Shown here piece after piece: positions 27,803 through 35,862 of a DNA stretch of 64,000 nucleotides. Below the pieces are notes generated by a model. That model had not been told where the DNA came from. It searched no databases and saw only the letters and a list, made by a program, of their open reading frames with translations. This DNA comes from Thermoanaerobaculia bacterium (GTDB taxonomy: Bacteria > Acidobacteriota > Thermoanaerobaculia > UBA5066): assembly GCA_963816185.1 (NCBI GenBank), contig CAWFJJ010000001.1, forward strand, positions 1 through 64,000, read 5' to 3'. The translations under genes and the position numbers were made by a program. Position 1 is the stretch's first letter, and each line of letters begins with the position of its first letter.

Positions 27803-29335
27803 GTGCTGGCGTTGCTCGCCGCCGCCTGGCCGCTCGCGGCGGGGCCCGGCGGCACGCTGCGCTGGGGCGGCGACGCGGAGGGCGGCGCGCCGTTCGTCGA
27901 GGCGGACCCGGCGAATCCCGCGGCCGTGCGGGGCTTCGACGTTGAGATCGCCGGGGCCCTCGCGAAGGGCCTCGGACGAACGCCGCAGTTCGTCCAGGTC
28001 GCCTACCAGTCGATCGACCAGTCCGTCGAGCGCGGCGACTTCGACATCGGACTCTCGGGCATGGAGGACACACCGGCGCGCCGCGCCGCGCACTCCGTGA
28101 CGATGCCGTACTTCGAGTTTCGCGAGGTGCTCGCCGTGCGTGCCTCCGAGGCGAGCCGGTTCCGCACCCTCGACGACTTCAGGGGACGCAAGGTCGGGAC
28201 TCTTTCGGGCACGATCGCGTACGACGTCCTTCGCGCCGCCGAGACCAAGCACGCTTTCGTCACCGTGTCGTACGACGACGACGTCCACCCGTACGAGGAC
28301 CTCGCCCAGGGACGCCTCGACGCGGTTCTGCTCGACCACGTCCTTGCGGCACGTTCTCTGAGGCGCGTCCCGGGCCTCGCGGTCCTGCCCGGCGCGGTCG
28401 CGACCGGACGCTACGTCGGCGTCCTCGCGAAGGGGAACGCGGCGCTGAGGGACGCGATCGATGTCCTGCTGAAGGAGATGATGCGGGACGGGACGCTGCG
28501 GAAGATCTTCCAGAAGTGGAACGTCTGGGACGAGGAGCAGGCGGCATTCGAAGAAGAGGAGAAGAGGAAGATTTCTGTGAATGAAAATGCGGCGGACCGG
28601 GCGGCCGAAGCGCTGCGAGCGAACACGCCGCATGCGGGCGCCTCGGCGCCCCCCTCTTCACCTTCTAAGAAGTCTTCTTCTTCCTCTTCTCTTTCTCTCG
28701 TTATTTCTTATCTCCCTTCCCTCTTCCGAGCCGCGCTCGTGACGATCGTTCTCTCGTGCGTTGCGATGGCGCTCGCCGTCGCCCTCGGAATCGGGATCGC
28801 GAGCGGCCGCATTTACGGAGGCGGTCTCGTTCGCGCCGCGCTGACGGGCTACGTGGAGCTAATTCGCGGCACGCCCGTGCTCCTGCAGCTCTTCGTTCTC
28901 TATTACGGCCTGTCGTCCGTCGTGCGCCTGCCGGCCTTCGTCGCCGCGCTCCTGGGTCTCGGCCTGAACTACGCGGCATACGAGAGCGAGATCTATCGCG
29001 GCGCCCTCGAGGCCGTGCCGAGGGGGCAGCTCGAGGCCGCGCGCACGCTCGGGCTCACGGAAGGGCAGGTCCTGCGTCTCGTGCGCGGGCCGCAGGCTTT
29101 CCGCCTCGCGCTCGCGCCGATGACGAACGACTTCGTCGCGCTCCTGAAGGACTCGTCTCTCGTCTCGGTCGTGACCGTCGTCGAGCTCACGAAGCAGACG
29201 GCGATTTTCGCGACGAACATCGGAAGCTGGGCGCTCCCGGGCGCTCTGTGCGCGGCGCTGTATCTTGCGATGTCCCTTCCGCTCTCGCGTCTCGCGCGGC
29301 ATCTGGAGGAACGGTGGAGCGCGCCCTCGGCCTGA
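27803..29335 (+). CDS. Polar amino-acid ABC transporter, fused substrate-binding protein + permease
   Basis: SBP_bac_3 motifs (GFDVEIA, GRLDAVL) followed by YVELIRGTPVLLQL, AAYESEIYRG, GQLEAA, LLKDSSL; start uncertain. Confidence 0.92.
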   Translation: MLALLAAAWPLAAGPGGTLRWGGDAEGGAPFVEADPANPAAVRGFDVEIAGALAKGLGRTPQFVQVAYQSIDQSVERGDFDIGLSGMEDTPARRAAHSVTMPYFEFREVLAVRASEASRFRTLDDFRGRKVGTLSGTIAYDVLRAAETKHAFVTVSYDDDVHPYEDLAQGRLDAVLLDHVLAARSLRRVPGLAVLPGAVATGRYVGVLAKGNAALRDAIDVLLKEMMRDGTLRKIFQKWNVWDEEQAAFEEEEKRKISVNENAADRAAEALRANTPHAGASAPPSSPSKKSSSSSSLSLVISYLPSLFRAALVTIVLSCVAMALAVALGIGIASGRIYGGGLVRAALTGYVELIRGTPVLLQLFVLYYGLSSVVRLPAFVAALLGLGLNYAAYESEIYRGALEAVPRGQLEAARTLGLTEGQVLRLVRGPQAFRLALAPMTNDFVALLKDSSLVSVVTVVELTKQTAIFATNIGSWALPGALCAALYLAMSLPLSRLARHLEERWSAPSA

Positions 29336-30117
29336 GCGCGCCCGTGCTGTCGGTCAGCGGCCTCCGCCTTTCGCGTGGAGCCGTGGAGGTCCTGAAGGGA
29401 GTGGACCTTCTGCTCGCGCGCGGCGAGCTCGTGGCTCTCATGGGTCCTTCGGGCTGCGGAAAGACGACGATCCTCCGGGCGATCACGGCGCTCGAGCCGT
29501 TCCAGGCCGGCACGATTCTGGTGGACGGCGTGCCGCTGAACCCGGGGCCGATGCCGCGCGAAGCCGCGCTCGGCGCGCTGCGCCGCAAGGTGGGGCTCGT
29601 CTTCCAGCTTCATTGTCTCTTCGACCACCTGTCCGCGCTCGACAACGTCACTCTCGCTCCCATCCACGCCCTGCGCCATTCGCGCTCCGAGGCGGAGGCG
29701 CGAGCGCTCACACTGCTCGAAGGGCTCGGCGTCGCGGCCCGCGCACGCTCGCGGCCCCGAGAGCTCTCCGGGGGCGAGGCGCAGCGCGTCGCGATCGCGC
29801 GAGCCCTCGCCGTCGACCCCCCGCTTCTCCTGATGGACGAGCCCACCGCGTCCCTCGATCCGGCGCGCCGGAACGAGCTCGGAGACTCGCTGGAGGCCTT
29901 GATCGCCCAGGGACGGACTCTTCTCCTCGCGACCCACGACGTCGATTTCGCCCGGGACTACGCCACGCGCGTCCTGGTGCTCGCAGGCGGAGCCGTGGTC
30001 GAAGACGGTGCGCCCGGCGAGGTCCTCGTGCACCCGAGGCACCCTGCCACGGTTCAGCTCCTGCAGTCGAAAGGGAAGAAGGCCTCGTCGGTGAAAGGTG
30101 AGGGTCCGTCCCTCTGA
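29314..30117 (+). CDS. Amino-acid ABC transporter ATP-binding protein
   Basis: GPSGCGKTT Walker A, LSGGEAQRVAIARAL, LLMDEPT, ATHD; start uncertain (29314-29344). Confidence 0.93.
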   Translation: MERALGLSAPVLSVSGLRLSRGAVEVLKGVDLLLARGELVALMGPSGCGKTTILRAITALEPFQAGTILVDGVPLNPGPMPREAALGALRRKVGLVFQLHCLFDHLSALDNVTLAPIHALRHSRSEAEARALTLLEGLGVAARARSRPRELSGGEAQRVAIARALAVDPPLLLMDEPTASLDPARRNELGDSLEALIAQGRTLLLATHDVDFARDYATRVLVLAGGAVVEDGAPGEVLVHPRHPATVQLLQSKGKKASSVKGEGPSL

Positions 30118-30151
30118 ACGGGCCGAAAACGCCTCCCCGATCGCCTCCAGG

Positions 30152-30160
30152 TGCTACCCT
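30152..30160 (+). promoter_or_regulatory. Candidate extended -10 element (TGC-TACCCT) of the amidase-actin-SPOR operon
   Basis: TGn-TANNNT 12 nt upstream of ATG 30173 in the short intergenic gap. Confidence 0.4.
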
Positions 30161-30172
30161 TTTTGAGAGCAC

Positions 30173-31165
30173 ATGGCCACCGCGAGGCGCCTCAGGCAGT
30201 CGATCCTCAAGGACGCGATCCGCGAGAACGTGGACGTCATCGAGAACCGCCTGCCCAGGGGGCTCCGGCGCTCCGACCGCTGGCGCCGGATCCTTCTTCG
30301 GACGTCGGTCTTCGTCGTCGTGCCGCTCGCCCTGTTCCTCTCGATCAACGCGCTGACGACGGGCCGCGGCGAGCGCACGGACGTCCTCGTCGTGTCGTCT
30401 CCGTCTGCGGCGCCTGCGGCGCCCGCAAGCGTGATCAATGCTCCGAACGGCCTCGAGCCCTCGCTCTTCCACCTCGAGGTGCGCTCCATCGTGATCGACC
30501 CGGGGCACGGGGGAGCGGATCCCGGAGCGTCCGCCTCCGGCGTGTCGGAAAAGGACGTGACGCTCGACGTGGCGCGCCGCCTGAGAGACCTCCTCGTCGC
30601 CCAGAAGGTCGCCGTTTCGCTCACGCGGGAAGGGGACACGACGCTGTCGCTGCGCGACCGTGTCATCCTCGCGAACGAGAAGAAGGCCGACCTCTTCGTG
30701 TCGATCCACGTGAACTCCCTTCCGGGCGTGAAGGAGAAGCGCGGCATCGAGACGTACTTTCTCGGTACGACGACCGATCCGCACGTCGAGCGGCTCGCTC
30801 TCGACGAGAACCGGACCTCGGGCTACACGATGGCCGATTTTCGGCGTCTTCTCGAGGGTGTCCTCGCGGATTCGCGACAGGGCGAGTCCCGGAAATTCGC
30901 CGAGGCCGTCCAGGGAGGGCTCGTGACCTCGCTCCGCCCGTTCGTGCCCCGGCTCGATGACCGGGGCGTGAGGAGCGCGCCGTTCGCCGTCCTCATCGCC
31001 ACGGAGATGCCGGGCATCCTCGCGGAGGTGTCGACGGTCTCGAACGAGGACGAAGCGCGCCATCTCCGGGACCCCGAGTATCGTCAGCAGATCGCACGGG
31101 CCCTTTCGAACGGGATCCTCGCGTTCGCGGAGTCGCGGAACCATCCGCCCTCCAAACGGAGTTGA
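30173..31165 (+). CDS. N-acetylmuramoyl-L-alanine amidase (Amidase_3), N-terminally anchored
   Basis: IVIDPGHGGADPG, EKDVTL, ADLFVSIHVNS, RGIETY, APFAVL..PGILAEV; hydrophobic segment VFVVVPLALFLSINAL. Confidence 0.93.
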   Translation: MATARRLRQSILKDAIRENVDVIENRLPRGLRRSDRWRRILLRTSVFVVVPLALFLSINALTTGRGERTDVLVVSSPSAAPAAPASVINAPNGLEPSLFHLEVRSIVIDPGHGGADPGASASGVSEKDVTLDVARRLRDLLVAQKVAVSLTREGDTTLSLRDRVILANEKKADLFVSIHVNSLPGVKEKRGIETYFLGTTTDPHVERLALDENRTSGYTMADFRRLLEGVLADSRQGESRKFAEAVQGGLVTSLRPFVPRLDDRGVRSAPFAVLIATEMPGILAEVSTVSNEDEARHLRDPEYRQQIARALSNGILAFAESRNHPPSKRS

Positions 31166-31166
31166 C

Positions 31167-32186
31167 ATGAGCGGGAAGAAGGACGTTCTCCACGTCGGCA
31201 TCGACCTCGGCACGTCGCGCAGCGCGATCACGGCGTCGAACGGCGTGCATCACGTCGTCGAGAGCTACGTGGGCTGGCCCCTCGACATGGTCGCGAAGAA
31301 GGTCGTGAAAAAGTCGATCCTCTTCGGCGCCGAGGCCCTCGAGAACCGGCCGATGCTCGACTTGCACCGCCCGCTCGAGCGCGGCCTCATCAAGCAGGGA
31401 TCGGCGAAGGACGAGGAGGCGGTGCACGAGCTGTTGAAGCACCTCATCTCGCTGGCCGGCAGAAAAGACGGCCAGGTCGTCCATGCCGTCGTGGGCGTGC
31501 CGGCGGAGGCGCTCCGCGTTTCGCGGCAGCACTTGCGCGGCGCCGTCAAGGGGATCGCCGACGCTCTTCTCATCGTGTCCGAGCCGTTCGCGGTGGCCTT
31601 CGGGATGGACGCGCTCCTCCATACGATGATCATCGACATCGGAGCGGGCACGACGGACTTCTGCGTCATGAACGGACGCTACCCCACGGAGGACGACCAG
31701 CGCACGCTGACGCACGCGGGCGACTCCATCGACGAGCAGCTCATGGCGCTCGTGAAAACGAAGCATCCCGAAGGACGCTTCTCGATCCACATGGTTCGCG
31801 ACTGGAAAGAGAAGAACAGCTTCATCGGCAGCGCGCCGGGGCCGGTCGTCGTGCGGTTCCCCGTGAAAGGCAAGCCGGCCGACGTGGACATCACAGCCGA
31901 GATGAAGAAGGCCTGCGAGAGCGTCGTCGGTCCCATCGCCGAGACCATGCTCGACCTGCTCTCGAAGGTCGAGCCCGAGTACCAGGAGAAGGTGCAGCGA
32001 AACGTCGTCCTCGCGGGCGGCGGCTCGCAGATTCCCGGGCTCGCCGCCGCGCTCGAGAAGTCGCTTGCCGAGCTGGGCGGAGGCCGCGTACGCGCCGTCG
32101 AGGACCCCGTCTTCGCGGGGTCGAACGGCGGTCTCGCCATCGCGTTGGATGCGCCGGAAGGCGACTGGGAGCCGCTCTCGGCATGA
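31167..32186 (+). CDS. Bacterial actin homolog, MamK-like
   Basis: Actin motifs GIDLGTS, VSEPF, IIDIGAGTTDFC, VLAGGGS; segments VGWPLD, LDLHRPLERG, GVPAEA, DQRTLTHAGDSIDE, EPEYQ match MamK as I recall it better than MreB. Confidence 0.85.
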   Translation: MSGKKDVLHVGIDLGTSRSAITASNGVHHVVESYVGWPLDMVAKKVVKKSILFGAEALENRPMLDLHRPLERGLIKQGSAKDEEAVHELLKHLISLAGRKDGQVVHAVVGVPAEALRVSRQHLRGAVKGIADALLIVSEPFAVAFGMDALLHTMIIDIGAGTTDFCVMNGRYPTEDDQRTLTHAGDSIDEQLMALVKTKHPEGRFSIHMVRDWKEKNSFIGSAPGPVVVRFPVKGKPADVDITAEMKKACESVVGPIAETMLDLLSKVEPEYQEKVQRNVVLAGGGSQIPGLAAALEKSLAELGGGRVRAVEDPVFAGSNGGLAIALDAPEGDWEPLSA

Positions 32187-33794
32187 GCCCGATCGACAGC
32201 GGCTTCCCGCGCGATTCCGGAGTGAAGAGGAGGATGCTCCCGTCGGTGACCGACGTCGTGCGCGAGCTCGCGAAGGTCATCTCCGCGGATCCCGCGGTGC
32301 TCTTCAAGGGCGCGCGGAGCGTCGTCGCCGAAGAGCTCGCGAAGGTGAAGCAGGGTTTCGAGGCGGCCCCGCTCGACGTCCTCGTCAAAAGGGCGCGCCT
32401 GCAGCTCGAGCGGGACGGCGAGGCGACGCCCGTTTCCGATCCCGCGCCTCCGCGCATGCCCGTCTTCCCGGCGCGGCAAGGGCCCCCGCGCGAGACGCCG
32501 GGACCCTCTTCGGCCCACGCGGGCGGTGCCCCCGTGAAATCGCCGGCCTCGGACGATCCCTTTCAGGACGTCGCGTCCCGAGCAGAGCTGAACTGGGAAA
32601 AGGAGATCCCGATCCAGGCCGAGGATGCGCCCTTTCGGTCCGCCATCATTCCCATCCCGTACAAGGCGCGCGCGCCGCTCGAGATCTCCCAGCCGATCGA
32701 AGCGCCGCCGAAGGCCGCCCCGGAGCCGAAGCCGCCGCCCGTGCCGAAGCCGCAGCCGGAGCTGGAGCTGGATTTCGCAAGGCCCCGGTCCGCACCGGCC
32801 GCGCCCGAGCCGCCCGCACAGACCCTCAGGCCCGTGCCCCCGAAACCCGCGGCGGCGATGTCCGAGCCGCCGGCGCCCAAGGCAAAGCCCGTGTCTCCTG
32901 AGCCGGAGCCCGAAAAGCCGTTGCCGCGCCCTGCGGTCGCGTTCGCGCCCGCCATCCCGCTCGTGAATCCGCGCGAACCCGAGGTCGTGGAGCCGATCTC
33001 CCCGCCCGCGGTGGTCCCTCTGCCGCCCGGCCCCGAGCGGTTCCTGAGGGCGCCGACATCGCCGGTGCGACACGAGCCCGCGGTGAGGTCCATGCCGGAG
33101 ATTCCTCCATCCGAAGAGACTCTCGAGGACCGCGACAACACCCAGCCGGCCATGGAGGAGTTCAGGTTCAAGGCGGCGGAGCGCCCGGCCCCTGCTCCGG
33201 CGCCCGCTCGCTCGAGCCGCACGGGCTGGATCGCGGCGATCTTGGGAGTCCTTGCGATCGGAGCAGGCCTTACCTGGGCCGTGCGCGAGGGCGTCTTCAA
33301 GAGCGGGATCCTGAGGAGCGCCCCACCCGCCGCGCAGCAGGAGTCCGACGCGACGCCTCCCGCGAGCGCCGTGCCCGCGCCGGTGCCCACGGCTGCCCTG
33401 GTACCTGAAGAGAAGCCGGCGGCTCCGCCGCCGAAGGCCCTTGCCGCGCCGGCGAAGACAGCCGGCCGCCGGTCCTCCCTCGGGTGCCGCGGTCCCGAAG
33501 GGCCGCGCGGCGGTGCTCCTGACTCCCGACTGGGCGGGGAAGCCCATCGTCTACGTCATCCACTTCTCGTCGACGAAGGATCGCGAGGGCGCGGAGAAAG
33601 AGGCGCGGAAGCTCGGCGCCGCGCTCGGCGCTCCCGCACACGCCGTCGAGGTGGATCTCGGCGAAAAGGGGATCTGGTACCGCGTCGTGATCGGCGAGTT
33701 CAAAGACGTGGACTCCGCGCGCGCGTTCCGCGCCGAGCTCGAGGCGAAGAAGACGCCCGGCATGGGCTTCGTCTACGAGATGCGGGGGCGCTGA
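32183..33794 (+). CDS. Pro-rich single-TM protein with C-terminal SPOR domain (apparent +1 frameshift near 33460-33470)
   Basis: ATGA overlap with the actin gene; long Pro/Glu-rich region; TM GWIAAILGVLAIGAGLTWAV; SPOR-like YVIHFSS..A..EARKL..KGIWYRVVIGEFKD..ARAF lies in the next frame (33441..33794). Confidence 0.75.
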
Positions 33795-33799
33795 CGGCG

Positions 33800-35019
33800 G
33801 CGAAAAGCGCGTCGGCCACCAGCGATCGCGCGGGCAATGCGTTGCGATATCGCATCTTGCTTGCATTGATGCTCCTCGCGGTACGGAGATGGTGACCGCG
33901 ATGGCGGTGATTTTTGTCGCGGTGTTGGGCTCGTGGAGCGTTTGGCAGCATCGGCGGACCGGCCCGTGGGTGCTCGTTTCGCAGAAGGGGCCGCTCGTCC
34001 TCCAGTTCGGCAACAATCCCAATGCGAACGGTACGTACAACGCAACACTGAAGCCGGTCGTCTCACCGGCTGGCTGGGAATTCATCCAGGCGCGCCCTTG
34101 GATGGCGGCAAAGCTCGCCGTGAGGAAATTCGCGTACTTCTTCGGCTTCCTGAAGGACGGGTGGAACGTGCCACGTGCGTCGGCGCTGCTCATCGCACGA
34201 TTGACGTTTGGCGCGGTCTCGCTCGTCGTGTGCGAGGCGCTCATGCGAAGCACGGCATCGGTGTTTGCGCTGGCGGGCGCCGTCGTGATCCTCGCGACTC
34301 GTCGACTGCGCAGCGAGCTTTGGGTTCTCCCCGCCGTGATCGGCGCGACACTGGGTCTGCACGTCGTGTCGATCTCCTCGCACCGATTCGCGATCCCCGT
34401 GCTTCCGGTGCTTTTTCTCCTCGCGGGGATCGCCGTTGCGACCGGTGCGCATTGGTTATTGCGGCGCGTTCCCGCCCTGATGCTTTGGGCCGGGCTGTTC
34501 GTGTTCACCGCGTGGGCGGGGGTGGCTGCAGCCTGTCATCCAAACGTGCACGCGCGCGTTGAGGGCGAGGACCTCGATGGAAACCTCGCAGACGACGTCG
34601 TCGACGAACGGGCGAGCAATGGGCACGCTCGTTACGCGGACATGGGCCGAGGCCAGCGCGGGATGGCCATCGTGACGGACGAATTCCTGCCGAAAGGGAG
34701 GTTTCGGCTGACGCTCGATTTGCGTGCCGACCGGGCAGGTGAGGTGGCAGAAGTAACGATGCCAATGGAGGGAGGGAGAGACGCATGCAGGGAGATGTTG
34801 CGTTCATCTGGCCGAGCTCGTTACGAACGGGTCATCGTGGACGGCATGCTGCCTGCGGACACGTCGGTGAAGGTGATCGTCACCAGCAATGGTGTCGCCG
34901 ATGTTTGGCTCGACGGGCTTTACATCGAAGCGGGCCTACGGGACAGAATGAAAGGCGACCTCTTCGGCAATGTGCACGTCGAGGAGCTCGTCTTCGTGAG
35001 CCGCGGCACCGCGCCTTGA
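33800..35019 (+). pseudogene. Truncated or internally deleted GT-C (ArnT-like) membrane protein
   Basis: ORF 33889..35019 begins mid-family (W..R.TG..VLVSQKG..GNNPNANG; RFAIPVLP); a short hydrophobic N-terminal-like piece (LRYRILLALMLLAV) lies in another frame; atypical codon usage. Confidence 0.5.
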
Positions 35020-35045
35020 CTGCCGTGGCCGTCGACGGAGGCGAC

Positions 35046-35074
35046 TTGACATCTGATGCGTGATGCGTGATGCT
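35046..35074 (+). promoter_or_regulatory. vapBC promoter/operator: TTGACA -35, GATGCT -10, three tandem TGATGC(G/T) repeats
   Basis: TTGACA 35046-35051, 17 nt spacer, GATGCT 35069-35074, 6 nt to ATG; heptamer repeats 35054-35074. Confidence 0.7.
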
Positions 35075-35080
35075 GTTCGC

Positions 35081-35308
35081 ATGAGGACGACACTCGAGAT
35101 CGACGACGACGTCTTGCAGGCGGCGAAGGAGATCGCGGCCAACCGCTCGACCACGGCCGGTCGAGTCCTCTCGGAGCTGGCGCGAAAAGCGCTAGAGCCT
35201 GGAAGATCGCCGCGCGTGCGCAACGGTGTTCCGCTGATTCCTCGCCGGCCGAAGGGGAGCGTTCGCCCGACGATGGCTCTCGTCAACCGGCTCCGGGACG
35301 AGGCGTGA
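35081..35308 (+). CDS. vapB: Type II TA antitoxin, VapB (ribbon-helix-helix)
   Basis: MRTTLEIDDDVLQAAKEIA..TAGRVLSELARKAL..RNGVPL..VNRLRDE; GTGA overlap with the PIN gene. Confidence 0.9.
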   Translation: MRTTLEIDDDVLQAAKEIAANRSTTAGRVLSELARKALEPGRSPRVRNGVPLIPRRPKGSVRPTMALVNRLRDEA

Positions 35309-35748
35309 CGCGCGTCGCCCTCCTCGACGTCAACGTCCTCGTCGCGCTGTTCGATCCTGATCACGTGCACCACGAAGCCGCGCACCGGTGGTTCGGCGGC
35401 AACCGTCAGGCGGGCTGGGCCACGTGTCCGATCACCGAGAACGGGCTCGTGCGGATTCTTTCGAACCCCGCATACATGGCCAGCCCCGAGACGCGGGGAG
35501 CGATCATCCGTCGCCTCGGCGAGTTCTGCGCGAGCGGTGGTCACGTCTTCTGGCCGGACGAGATCTCGCTTCGGGACCCCGGTCTTTTCAGGTGGACCGC
35601 GCCCGTAGCTCATCAGAAGCTGACAGACGTCTACCTGCTGGGTCTTGCCAGGAGCAAGACTGGGAGACTCGCCACATTCGACCGGGGCATCCCTGCCGCG
35701 GCCGTGGTCGGAGCCGAGCGGGGAACGCTCGAAGTGATCCCGGCCTGA
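35305..35748 (+). CDS. vapC: Type II TA toxin, VapC PIN-domain ribonuclease
   Basis: LLDVNVLVAL..HVHHEAA, WATCPITENG, TDVYLLGLA, LATFD. Confidence 0.92.
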   Translation: MTRVALLDVNVLVALFDPDHVHHEAAHRWFGGNRQAGWATCPITENGLVRILSNPAYMASPETRGAIIRRLGEFCASGGHVFWPDEISLRDPGLFRWTAPVAHQKLTDVYLLGLARSKTGRLATFDRGIPAAAVVGAERGTLEVIPA

Positions 35749-35813
35749 CACGCGGCGATCGACTCGATCTTCCTGATCGGCCGAAAGACCCGTCGCCTCT
35801 CTTGGTAGCGGCG

Positions 35814-35839
35814 AAAAAAGGGCCGCGCGAACGCGGCCC
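35814..35839 (-). terminator. Rho-independent terminator downstream of korB
   Basis: Minus strand GGGCCGCG-TTCG-CGCGGCCC-TTTTTT. Confidence 0.85.
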
Positions 35840-35862
35840 GAGGCACCCGTGGACGAGAGCCG

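Noticed and set aside
32400-33480. Pro/Ala-rich coding repeats (CCGGCG, GAGCCG) as a DNA repeat array
   Set aside because: Irregular, and explained by low-complexity protein linker composition.
33470-33895. C-terminal ~140 aa of the 570 aa ORF 32183..33895 as real protein
   Set aside because: Arg-rich off-frame sequence. The overlapping frame encodes a clear SPOR domain.
35054-35074. TGATGCG tandem repeat as CRISPR or phase-variable tract
   Set aside because: Only three 7-bp units, no spacers and no cas genes. Its position fits a TA operator.
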